Positions 18,113 to 26,469 of a stretch of 64,000 nt of DNA are shown here, one piece after another. Numbering within the stretch: position 1 is the stretch's first letter; every line of letters begins with the position of its first letter. The position numbers and the translations under genes are program-made. A model generated the notes under the pieces. It worked only from the letters and a program-made list of their open reading frames with translations, was not told the origin of the DNA and made no database searches. The DNA lies in IMG/VR virus record IMGVR_UViG_3300046717_000225, positions 15,320 through 79,319 of that record, one strand, 5' to 3'. The stretch is from a virus. Its lineage: Duplodnaviria > Caudoviricetes.

Positions 18113-18855
18113 CCACGGAGTACGTCGAGACCAGGATGATCCGCCTGGACGAGCTGACCCCCTTCCCGGGCAACGCCCGGCGGGGCGACCCGCACAAGCT
18201 GGCCGAGTCGCTCGAAGCCAACGGCCAGTACCGCAGCCTGATCGTGAGGCAGGCCCCCGACGGCCTGATCGTCCTCGCCGGTAACAACACCCTGCTCGCC
18301 CTGGAGGCGAAGGGCGAGACCGAGGCCCGCTGCGAGATCGTCCAGTGCGACGAGGCGACCGCCCTGCGGGTCAACCTGGTCGACAACAAGACCAACGACT
18401 CCGCCACTTACGACGACGCTGCGCGCGCGGCCCTGCTTGTGCTCCTGGACGGGGAACTGGCCGGCACCGGCTACGACGACGACGAGGCCGACACGATCAT
18501 CGCCCGGTTCGAGGAGGAGGAGATCACCCCCCTGTCCGAGCCGGCGGTCCTGGACTACAACGACGACCAGGCCGAGCGCGAGGCGCGCATCCTGAGCCAC
18601 GGCGGGGAGAACAGCCGGACCATGGAGAGCCGGGGGATCCGGGACGTCATTCTCGCGATGCCCGCTGCCGAGGCGGACGAACTCGGTCGGCTGATCATGG
18701 CCCTTCGGGCCACCTGGGGCGCGCTGCCGCAGGGAGACATCCTGCTGCGGGCGGCACGGGTGGCGTATGCGGCTCTGGAGCAGGGTGACGACCTGACCCG
18801 TGCGGACCTGGCGGCGCATGCCGACGAGCCGTACGCGCCCGAGGAGGGATCATGA
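18109..18855 (+). CDS. ParB N-terminal domain protein (DNA-modification associated)
   Basis: IRLDELTPFPGNARRG...LAESLEANGQYRSLIV...VLAGNNTLLA...NLVDNKTN. Confidence 0.8.
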   Translation: MTTEYVETRMIRLDELTPFPGNARRGDPHKLAESLEANGQYRSLIVRQAPDGLIVLAGNNTLLALEAKGETEARCEIVQCDEATALRVNLVDNKTNDSATYDDAARAALLVLLDGELAGTGYDDDEADTIIARFEEEEITPLSEPAVLDYNDDQAEREARILSHGGENSRTMESRGIRDVILAMPAAEADELGRLIMALRATWGALPQGDILLRAARVAYAALEQGDDLTRADLAAHADEPYAPEEGS

Positions 18856-18950
18856 CCGTAATGGAGGCGCTCTTCGCGGGCATGGGGATGGGCTGGGCAA
18901 TCGCGATGGTGGGGCTCTTCGTCGGGACCTGGATCGGGCGGGACGGGTGA
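18852..18950 (+). CDS. small membrane peptide (32 aa)
   Basis: MTVMEALFAGMGMGWAIAMVGLFVGTWIGRDG; ATGA/GTGA overlaps. Confidence 0.5.
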   Translation: MTVMEALFAGMGMGWAIAMVGLFVGTWIGRDG

Positions 18951-20035
18951 CCGAGCTGAAGGCGGGCATGGACTTCCGCCTCCCGGAGCACAGGAGGGAG
19001 GTTTTCCTGCGTTTCCTCCAGTGGTCGCACCAGCACAAGTCCTTCCCAGGAGGAGTGCATTACGTGCTCCCGTACCTGGCCAAGGCGCTCGAACTGGACC
19101 TTGAACAGAGGTACTGGCTGGCCTGGCTGAACGCGAACACACAGAACCCGGTGACGAGCCTGCTTCTGTTCAGGGCCGCGCCCCGGATGCAGGACCACGA
19201 GAAGGCGATCGACCTCTGGCGGACCCACTACCGGGCGCTGGACTGGGACACCGACCGCCGGTACCACAAGGCCCGGTTCGAGGACGCGGTACGCGGCTAC
19301 GTCCGGGCGGTCGACTGCTCCTGCTCCGGCCCACAACACAGGTACTTCCGGGTCGGGTACGAGTGGCAGGCCTGGTGGGACGTCGCGTTCGCCCTCCCGA
19401 CCATGGGCAGGCTCAGCACCTGGAGCTATCTGGAGTACCTGCGCATTCTGCTCGGGCCGACCGTCGTTCCCGATGCGGACACGCTGATGCTGGAGGACAT
19501 CCAGGGCAGCCGGTCGCACCGCAACGGGCTCGCGCTCGTGCTCGGCCGGGACGAGTGGATCGTGGACAAGCAGCTCGGCTCCGGCCGCACGGACGCGGTC
19601 TGCACCCCGGACGTCCTGGCCGAACTCGGGTACGAGTCGAACGCCCTGTTCCTCCAGGCACGGGAGCGCATAGGCCCGGCGGCCGACCGTCTGAGCCTTG
19701 AGAGTGCGCTGTGCACGTACAAGAGCTGGCACAAGCCGAACCGCCGGTACCCGGGCGTGTACAACGACATGCTGTACAACCGGCTGGTCTCGGCCGAGAA
19801 CCGGTGGGGCCAGCGGTTCGGGGTCATCTGGGACGCGCGTGCGGAGGCCCTGCCGGACAGGCTGCTCCTGGAGCGCTCGCCGTACGACCCGGGCCTGAGC
19901 CCGGTGAAGCAGAACTGGTACCTGGCTCATGGCCAGTGTCTGAATATGTCGGAGGAGTGGCCGTGCTTCCAGAACGACTTCGAGAAGACTGTCCAGAAGC
20001 ACGGGTTCGGGGTCCGGGCACGGCCCTGGATCTGA
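18947..20035 (+). CDS. amino acid:DNA transferase (aGPT-pyrophosphorylase clade 2-like)
   Basis: MGRLSTWSYLEYL (HhH-like), GSRSHRNGL, LESALCTYKSW, RYPGVYND motifs; context with kinase and PLP enzyme. Confidence 0.8.
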   Translation: MTELKAGMDFRLPEHRREVFLRFLQWSHQHKSFPGGVHYVLPYLAKALELDLEQRYWLAWLNANTQNPVTSLLLFRAAPRMQDHEKAIDLWRTHYRALDWDTDRRYHKARFEDAVRGYVRAVDCSCSGPQHRYFRVGYEWQAWWDVAFALPTMGRLSTWSYLEYLRILLGPTVVPDADTLMLEDIQGSRSHRNGLALVLGRDEWIVDKQLGSGRTDAVCTPDVLAELGYESNALFLQARERIGPAADRLSLESALCTYKSWHKPNRRYPGVYNDMLYNRLVSAENRWGQRFGVIWDARAEALPDRLLLERSPYDPGLSPVKQNWYLAHGQCLNMSEEWPCFQNDFEKTVQKHGFGVRARPWI

Positions 20036-20892
20036 GGAACTGGCTGAGCCCGGTCGAAGATCGTGACGGCCGTCTGTACAAGCGCGAAGATCGCTGCGCC
20101 CTGCCCTCCGGCGTCAACGGGTCCAAGCTGCGCGCCTGCGATCACCTGATCCGTCAGGGAGCTGCGGCCGGCGCGCGCCGGGTCATCTCGGCCGCTTCCG
20201 TGCTCAGCCCCCAGAGCGCCATGGCAGCCATCGTCGCCGCCCGGTACGGGCTGGGCTGCACGGTCGTGCTCGGGGGCACATCGCCCCGGACTGCCTTCAC
20301 GCACCGATCGCCCGCCCTCGCCCGGGAGTACGGCGCGCAGTTCGAGTTCGTGGGCGTCGGGTACAACCCGGTGCTCCAGGCACATGCTGAGAAGCTGGAT
20401 CGCTCGGACCCGCTGGCCTACTGGCTCCAGTACGGCATCACGACCGCACCGGACGCGAGCGCCCGGGAGGTGCGCGCCTTCCACCGGATCACAGCCGACC
20501 AGTGCGCCAACCTGCCGGAGGGCATCAAGACCCTCGTCGTCCCGTTCGGCTCGGGCAACACCGGGGCGGGCGTACTCATGGGCCTGAACCAGCACGCACC
20601 ACGTTCCCTGGAGAAGGTCGTCCTCGTCGCCATCGGACCGGACCGGCGCTCCTGGCTGCGGCACCGGTTCGAGTACATGGGCGTGAGCCTGCCCCGCTAC
20701 CGTGTCATCGACCTGCACGGCTCGGGCTACGCCGCCTACGGCGACCGCATGCCCGGTACGGCGGACGGGATCGTGCTCCACCCGACGTACGAGGGCAAGG
20801 TGGTCCGCTACCTGGACGCGAAAGCCCCGGACTGGTGGGTGCGCCGGGACGGCACGACCTGCCTCTGGATCGTAGGAGGACCGCTCAAGTGA
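19963..20892 (+). CDS. fold-type II PLP-dependent enzyme (putative modified-base decarboxylase)
   Basis: LSPVE...YKRED...NGSKLR (Schiff-base Lys), VPFGSGNTGAG, LHPTYEGK; GGAGG-N7-GTG start inside upstream gene (start uncertain). Confidence 0.8.
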   Translation: MLPERLREDCPEARVRGPGTALDLRNWLSPVEDRDGRLYKREDRCALPSGVNGSKLRACDHLIRQGAAAGARRVISAASVLSPQSAMAAIVAARYGLGCTVVLGGTSPRTAFTHRSPALAREYGAQFEFVGVGYNPVLQAHAEKLDRSDPLAYWLQYGITTAPDASAREVRAFHRITADQCANLPEGIKTLVVPFGSGNTGAGVLMGLNQHAPRSLEKVVLVAIGPDRRSWLRHRFEYMGVSLPRYRVIDLHGSGYAAYGDRMPGTADGIVLHPTYEGKVVRYLDAKAPDWWVRRDGTTCLWIVGGPLK

Positions 20893-20909
20893 CCAAGGAA
20901 GAGGAACTC

Positions 20910-21443
20910 ATGACTGAGCGTTACACACCCCAGCCCGGGGACATCGGCCTGACCACGATCTCCGGCGCCGGGGGCAAGCTCATCCGCCTCGGCCAGTGGC
21001 TCAACGGGGACGGCTGGAAGGCCCAGCAGCATGCCTTCGTCGTCACGGAGTACCGGCAGGGCCTGGACCTGAAGAATCTCCCGAACCCGCCCTGGATCGT
21101 GGAGGCGATGCCCGGCGGGGCGCAGCACGTCAAGAACTGGCACACGGACTGCGTCTATCTGCGTTGCCCGGACGAGTACCGGGACGCGGTCGCAGCTGCG
21201 GCGCGCGGGTACGTGGGTGTGCCGTACTCGTTCCTGGACTACGGCGCGCTGGCCCTGCACCGGTTCCACATCCCCACCCCGCACCTGAAGCGGTTCATCG
21301 CCGACGGGGGCCATCAGATCTGCTCCCAGCTGGCCGATCAGTCGGCAGCCGATGGCGGCTGGAACCTGTTCCAGAACACCTGGCCCGGGGACATCACTCC
21401 TGGGGACCTGGCCCGGCTGTACCGGAAGCAGGTGTACGCATGA
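20910..21443 (+). CDS. permuted papain-like (NlpC/P60, YiiX/LRAT-like) protein
   Basis: PGDIG...QHAFVV...VEAMPGG...PYSFLDY...ICSQL...ITPGDL; His precedes Cys (permuted). Confidence 0.75.
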   Translation: MTERYTPQPGDIGLTTISGAGGKLIRLGQWLNGDGWKAQQHAFVVTEYRQGLDLKNLPNPPWIVEAMPGGAQHVKNWHTDCVYLRCPDEYRDAVAAAARGYVGVPYSFLDYGALALHRFHIPTPHLKRFIADGGHQICSQLADQSAADGGWNLFQNTWPGDITPGDLARLYRKQVYA

Positions 21444-22030
21444 TCAACCACATGCTCTACATCGCGGGCCCGCCTGGCGTCGGCAAGTCGACCCTCGCCC
21501 GGGAGCTGACGGCCGGCTGGGACCGGGAGCTGATGGCGCACCACCCCGTAGTGCCCCATGTCCGTCTCCGGCACCCGGTCTCCGGCCTGAAGATCGGCCT
21601 GGAACTCGGCGTGCCCCGGCCTGCCTTCCCGGGCACGGACGCGCTCAGCATGAGCATCGGTCCGGCCGCGCTCCAGTTCCTTCTCGACCGGACGAGTGCT
21701 TTCCCCTTCGCCCTCGGAGAGGGCTCACGGCTCGCCACGCGCCCGTTCCTGGGCGGGCTGGTGGCAGCGGGCGTCCGGCTCACGTTCGTGTCTCTGAGCG
21801 CGCCACAGGAAGTCCTGGACTACCGCTGGAAGGTCCGGGGCGGGAAGCAGAACCAGAGCTGGCGCAAGGGCGCGGCCACCCGGGCGGAGCGGATGTTCGA
21901 GTGGGCGCTGCTCACGGACGGGGTCCGGACCGTCCGGTCGGAGTCCGTGGACCGTACGGACATGACCGAGATCGCCGACGAGGTCCGGGACGCGTTCCCG
22001 CTCATCGACCTGAGGGAGAGTGCAGCGTGA
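21440..22030 (+). CDS. P-loop nucleotide kinase (5-hydroxymethyluridine DNA kinase-like)
   Basis: IAGPPGVGKST, GTDALSM, GEGSRL, RGGKQNQSWRKGAAT. Confidence 0.78.
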   Translation: MINHMLYIAGPPGVGKSTLARELTAGWDRELMAHHPVVPHVRLRHPVSGLKIGLELGVPRPAFPGTDALSMSIGPAALQFLLDRTSAFPFALGEGSRLATRPFLGGLVAAGVRLTFVSLSAPQEVLDYRWKVRGGKQNQSWRKGAATRAERMFEWALLTDGVRTVRSESVDRTDMTEIADEVRDAFPLIDLRESAA

Positions 22031-22055
22031 TGCGGCTCAAGGTACGCTGACCCTT

Positions 22056-22475
22056 ATGACAAAGGTGATCTATGGTCTCGTTGACCATGAGGGCGTTACC
22101 CGGTACGTAGGGCAGTCGGGGGAGGCGTTCTCTCGGCTGGAGTACCACATATCCAGATCCTTCCGGGAACGGAAGGAGGACCGGACCCCAGCACAGCAGT
22201 GGGTCTGGGACCAGATCGTGGTCCATCGGCACGTCCCGGGGATAGATCTCCTGGAGTTTCCGGAGGATGCAGAGGCCAATGCTGCGGAGCGCCGGTGGAT
22301 AGAGCATTACGGTTATGAGCAGCTCACCAACACCTCGTACGCGGAACGCTTGGCCAAGGCACGTCCCAAGCTGAGTGCGGCCACACTGGGCCGGAAGGAC
22401 AGTGCAGCAACCAAGAAGCGCAAGAGCGAGAGTGCAAAACGAGCCTGGGAGAAGCGCCGTGCAGCCGATCGTTAG
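22056..22475 (+). mobile_element. GIY-YIG homing endonuclease with NUMOD3-like tail
   Basis: VIYGL...RYVGQS...SRLEYH...AERRWI...N; GRKDSAATKKRKSES; visibly lower GC3 than neighbours. Confidence 0.8.
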
Positions 22476-23364
22476 TCTGAGAATCAGGTCGCGCATCTCC
22501 AAGGAGGAGCTGGACCTCAAGGTCGGCAAGGTGATCGGCGACGACGCGTACAACGTCCTGCTCACCGGGCCGACCCGGGTTTATATGCCGAACGGGAAGA
22601 TCCTGTGCGTGTACCTGCCCGGGGCGCTCAAGGACCACGTGACCGAGGAGCAGTACGCGGTGCTGCACTCGCTGCGCTCGCACAAGACCGACTCCCGGGG
22701 GCAGGCCTCAGGCAGTCAAAGTGTGGTGAGAACGGGCGAGCAGCGGACGCGGAGATTCCTGCCCGTCAGCTCCAGCATCCTTGGCTCCTTCGACCCCAAT
22801 CTCACGTTCAAGTTCTGCCGCACCACGGCCTGGACCGGGCGTCACGTTCCGGAGTGGGACACGCTGCGCCCCCTGCTCCAGCAGGTCGCCGGTCACATGG
22901 AGCAGCAGGTGCCCGACCGGTACGCGGCGCAGATGGCCGAGATCGGCCGGACGCATCCGGACTGGGTCGTGCCCGGTACTCCGTTCACTACCCTCACGGT
23001 CAACAACACGTACCCGACCGGCGTGCACACCGACAAGGGCGACCTGGACGCCGGCTTCAGCACGATCGCCGTGCTGCGCCGGGGGAGCTACACCGGGGGC
23101 CGGTTCGTGTTCCCGGAGTTCCGGGTCGCGGCCGACCTCCAGGACGGGGACCTCATCCTCATGGACGCGCACCAGTGGCATGGGAACACGGCCCTGGTCT
23201 GCGCCTGCGGCGAGAAGAGGGCCAAGATGTGTGAGGCCTGCGGGGCCGAGAGGATCAGCCTGGTCTCGTACATGCGCACGGCCATGACCAGCTGCGGAAG
23301 CGAAGAGGAGGAGAACCAACGCGCCGTGGAATACCGTGAAAGGACCAAGGGAGTGATCAGGTAG
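22459..23364 (+). CDS. TET/JBP-family 2OG-Fe(II) dioxygenase
   Basis: FTTLTVN..YPTGVHTDKGD (HxD), GGRFVFPE, AHQWHGNT (distal His), RISLVSYMR (2OG-binding Arg). Confidence 0.85.
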   Translation: MQPIVSLRIRSRISKEELDLKVGKVIGDDAYNVLLTGPTRVYMPNGKILCVYLPGALKDHVTEEQYAVLHSLRSHKTDSRGQASGSQSVVRTGEQRTRRFLPVSSSILGSFDPNLTFKFCRTTAWTGRHVPEWDTLRPLLQQVAGHMEQQVPDRYAAQMAEIGRTHPDWVVPGTPFTTLTVNNTYPTGVHTDKGDLDAGFSTIAVLRRGSYTGGRFVFPEFRVAADLQDGDLILMDAHQWHGNTALVCACGEKRAKMCEACGAERISLVSYMRTAMTSCGSEEEENQRAVEYRERTKGVIR

Positions 23365-23385
23365 CGTCCACGGAGGGTAAGGATC

Positions 23386-24015
23386 ATGGACCCGCACAGT
23401 GCCGGTGATCACGCCTCGGTCGAGGCCCGCCGCTGGAAGGCCGTCACCCTGGCCAACCGGGGCCTCACGCACAAGATGATCGCGACGGAGATGGCCGAGG
23501 AGTACCGGCGGCACAACCCCCGGCTGACCCTGGTCCAGATCGAGAGCCACGTCGGAGTGGACATCACCCGGGCGCTCAAGGACTACCGCAAACGCGCGGA
23601 TCAGGCCATCGAGGAGAAGCTGACCGCAGCCTCGCTGCGCCTCAACGAGATCCGCCGGCGCCTGTTCGCGGTCATCGTGGGCAATCATTACGTGCTGCAC
23701 TCGGGGGAGATCGTCAAGGACGGGGACGGCCGCCCCCTCCAGGACGCCGCTCCCGTGCTCGCAGCCCTGGCGCAGCTCCGCGCCCTGGAGGAGCAGCAGG
23801 CCCGGATGGAGGGCACTAACGCCCGGGAGAAGATCGACATAGCTCTCGGCCGCCGGGTGGACGAGGAGGCGATGGACGTCACAGAGGCGATCCTCGCCGC
23901 GTTCGCCGCCCTGCCCGAGCTGGAGCCTGCCCTGCGTCAGCGGGCGCTGGAAGCCGCCGGCGCCCACCTGCGTACCATCGAGGGCGAAGTCATCGCTGAC
24001 GTGGAGGAACCGTGA
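23386..24015 (+). CDS. terminase small subunit-like HTH protein
   Basis: RRWKAVTLANRGLTHKMIA (HTH)...LRLNEI...APVLAALAQL...EQQARMEG pattern of actinophage TerS-like proteins. Confidence 0.6.
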   Translation: MDPHSAGDHASVEARRWKAVTLANRGLTHKMIATEMAEEYRRHNPRLTLVQIESHVGVDITRALKDYRKRADQAIEEKLTAASLRLNEIRRRLFAVIVGNHYVLHSGEIVKDGDGRPLQDAAPVLAALAQLRALEEQQARMEGTNAREKIDIALGRRVDEEAMDVTEAILAAFAALPELEPALRQRALEAAGAHLRTIEGEVIADVEEP

Positions 24016-24860
24016 CCGTCACCCCGTACCCGCTCGGCCGTGTGCAGTACCACGACCCCCGTAACGCACAGCCGCAATACGCGGTAGCTGAGCTTCCCCG
24101 TCGCGCGCTCAAGTCCGTGGACTGGCACCGTCGTGCTCCGATCTTCGATCAGGGCCAGCTCGGGTCCTGCGTCGGCAACGCGGCCGTCGGCTGGGTCGGT
24201 ACGGACAATGTGACCCGACAGGGGCGCACGTTTGTCGACGTCAGTTCAACCACAGCCATGGCAGCCTTGACCGGGGATGCTCGCCTGGATACTGGATCCG
24301 GTCCAAAGGTATTGGCCACGGTCCCCGTGGACGAGGCACTAGCGGTCCGTGACTACGCCTTCGCCACCGGCCTGGACACCTTCAGCGGTACCTACCCGCC
24401 CGACGACACCGGTACGGACGGCCCCTCCGGCGCGAAGGCTCTGGTCAAACTGGGCCTGGCCGGGAAGTACACGCACGCGTTCTCCCTCGCCGCGCTCCAG
24501 GCCGCGCTCCAGCTCGGTCCGGTCATGTGGGGCACGGTCTGGTACAACTCGATGTTCGACCTGAACTCGTACAACCACCTCGTGGTGGACGAGAATTCGG
24601 GCGTTGCTGGCGGCCACGAGCTGCTCATCGTCGGGTGGGACACGGCCACGGACGTCTACAAGATCGCGAACTCGTGGGGAACCAGTTGGGGAGAGGCCGG
24701 GTACTGCTACGTCAACACTCCGGACCTGACCTACCTCGCGGCACAGGGCGGGGACTTCACGCAGCCGGTCGATCTCGCCGCTCCGGCCCCGTCCGTTGTC
24801 ACGGCTCAGAAGTTCTACGATCAGATCAAGGCCTCCGCCACGGCAGGAGGGCTGAAGTGA
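24012..24860 (+). CDS. papain-family (C1) cysteine protease
   Basis: DQGQLGSCVG, GGHELLIVGW, IANSWGTSWGEAGY. Confidence 0.85.
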   Translation: MTVTPYPLGRVQYHDPRNAQPQYAVAELPRRALKSVDWHRRAPIFDQGQLGSCVGNAAVGWVGTDNVTRQGRTFVDVSSTTAMAALTGDARLDTGSGPKVLATVPVDEALAVRDYAFATGLDTFSGTYPPDDTGTDGPSGAKALVKLGLAGKYTHAFSLAALQAALQLGPVMWGTVWYNSMFDLNSYNHLVVDENSGVAGGHELLIVGWDTATDVYKIANSWGTSWGEAGYCYVNTPDLTYLAAQGGDFTQPVDLAAPAPSVVTAQKFYDQIKASATAGGLK

Positions 24861-25156
24861 GCGAGATCGAAGATCGGTTCAAGATGACGCCCGAGGAGTT
24901 CTTCGAGCAGCAGGCCGGGCAGGTGTACCACTTCACCGCCGTGCACGACGACCGGTACGTGTGGCAGGAGGTCACGCCGCAGAACCTGGAGCAGATGCCT
25001 CAGTCGGTCCGGAACCAGGCTCCGGGCTGGCCCCTGGTGGACGGGAAGACGACCTGGTCCGACTTCCGCCGCTACCGCATCACCGGCTGCGCGCACCGTG
25101 CCTACGGTCCGGACGGACTCTGCTTCACCTGCGGGTTTGGACCAGCCGAGATTTAG
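24857..25156 (+). CDS. hypothetical protein
   Basis: GTGA overlap, GGAGG RBS; C-terminal CAH...CFTC. Confidence 0.6.
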   Translation: MSEIEDRFKMTPEEFFEQQAGQVYHFTAVHDDRYVWQEVTPQNLEQMPQSVRNQAPGWPLVDGKTTWSDFRRYRITGCAHRAYGPDGLCFTCGFGPAEI

Positions 25157-25161
25157 GTAAA
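25134..25161 (+). promoter_or_regulatory. sigmaB-like promoter with operator TTTAGGTAAA over the -10
   Basis: GGTTT(25134)-N16-AGGTAA(25155); TTTAGGTAAA at 25152-25161. Confidence 0.45.
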
Positions 25162-25294
25162 TACTCAGCAGAGTCCTGGACCCGTGGCGATGCGACCCAC
25201 AGGAATGTCGGGGCTGGCGTCCTCCGGAGGGAGCGGGTGGGTCCGCAAGGGACCGGAGGGCGCCACACCAACCCAGACCAAGGACCAAGATCTT

Positions 25295-25855
25295 ATGCCA
25301 ACTGCGCCGCTGCCGCTACCCGAGCTGGAACGTGACGTCCTCTGGATGGCGTCGCAGGGCTTTCGGTCCTCCGCCATCGCCAAGCAGCACCACATGAGCG
25401 AGGGCGGGGTCAAGAACATCTACTGGCGCATCACGCATCGCCTCGGCACCCGCAACCTGGTCCACTCCGTGGCTCACGGAATCATCACGGGCATCATCGG
25501 CCCGTACCGGGACTGCGGGGAGCGCCGGGCCTACCTGCGTCATCTGCGCCGTGGCGAGACCCCGTGCGTGGCCTGCCGCCTGGCGAACGCCACCTACGTT
25601 TCAGCCCAGTGCAACGCACCGTTGCCTGCCGATGCCGGGCTCACGCCCACGCAGACCCGCGTGCTCCGGTACCTGTACGAGCACGACTGCTCCCAGAGCG
25701 AAGCAGCCCAGGGCCTGAGCATGGACCGCAAGCGCGTGGCCTCGCACATGTCCGCCGTGTACCAGCGCCTCGGCGTGTTCCACATGCACCGCTACGACCG
25801 CATGCGCGCGGCGATAAAGATCGCGAAAGATCGCGGCTACCTGGAGGAGAGCTGA
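25295..25855 (+). CDS. transcription regulator with two LuxR-type HTH domains and a central Cys motif
   Basis: LPELERDVLWMASQG..SSAIA...VKNIYWRI..RLG and LTPTQTRVL...AAQGL...VASHMSAVYQRLG; CGERRAYLRHLRRGETPCVAC between; start could be 25184. Confidence 0.75.
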   Translation: MPTAPLPLPELERDVLWMASQGFRSSAIAKQHHMSEGGVKNIYWRITHRLGTRNLVHSVAHGIITGIIGPYRDCGERRAYLRHLRRGETPCVACRLANATYVSAQCNAPLPADAGLTPTQTRVLRYLYEHDCSQSEAAQGLSMDRKRVASHMSAVYQRLGVFHMHRYDRMRAAIKIAKDRGYLEES

Positions 25856-26406
25856 TGTCAAGCACGGAGTCCGACCACCTGCCCGAGTCCTGGTTTAACG
25901 AGATCGGCAGCGACGACTGCCCGCACGGTGCCGAGCCCGACGACGAGAACACCCCGGAGTGGGAGGCCTGGTACGACCTGACGTCCGCCCGTCACACCGG
26001 CAGCCCGCAGGACGTCCGCATCTGCCTCGACGCCCCCGTCGGGAAAGCGTGCGGCGTCTGCTCCGAGAACGACGGCGAGTTCGTGCCGTGGGAGGCCTGC
26101 CGTCTTCGAGACCGCGCCCGCCGCGAGGAGATCCCCGCTGCCGAGCAGCCCGTCCAGCACCGCCCCGTCACCGTGCACGTAGGCACCGCCGACTGCCTGG
26201 AACGCGAGTGTGAGGAGTACTACACCGAGGACGGCGAGGAGATTCCCAGCAAGGAGCGCTGCTCGCACCTGCGGGAGGAGCAGATCTGCGAGGCCTGCTC
26301 CGAGACGCCCCTTGATGACGGCGAGTACCCGGCCGTTGTCGCGTGGGCCGACTGCGCGCAGCGGGCTGCCGTCCGGGCGCTCACGGAGACCGACCACCCT
26401 GAGTGA
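25855..26406 (+). CDS. acidic Cys-rich hypothetical protein
   Basis: TGATG overlap; several CxxC motifs. Confidence 0.6.
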   Translation: MSSTESDHLPESWFNEIGSDDCPHGAEPDDENTPEWEAWYDLTSARHTGSPQDVRICLDAPVGKACGVCSENDGEFVPWEACRLRDRARREEIPAAEQPVQHRPVTVHVGTADCLERECEEYYTEDGEEIPSKERCSHLREEQICEACSETPLDDGEYPAVVAWADCAQRAAVRALTETDHPE

Positions 26407-26469
26407 ACCTCTGCCCTGTCTTTTGGTAGCACGGTGTAAAGCCGTTACCGTGCGGGCGGAGGTGGTCAC

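Noticed and set aside
22048-22487. Group I intron carrying the GIY-YIG ORF
   Set aside because: The insert is about 440 nt and almost entirely ORF, leaving no room for the P3-P9 core; junctions do not give both a 5' U and a 3' G
16993-23364. 7-deazaguanine (queuosine-type) or dZ modification pathway
   Set aside because: No FolE/QueD/QueE/QueC/DpdA or PurZ motifs recognised
26407-26469. c-di-AMP (ydaO) riboswitch upstream of rpf, as in host rpfA
   Set aside because: Only 63 nt intergenic, far too short; just a 7-bp inverted repeat (GCACGGT/ACCGTGC)
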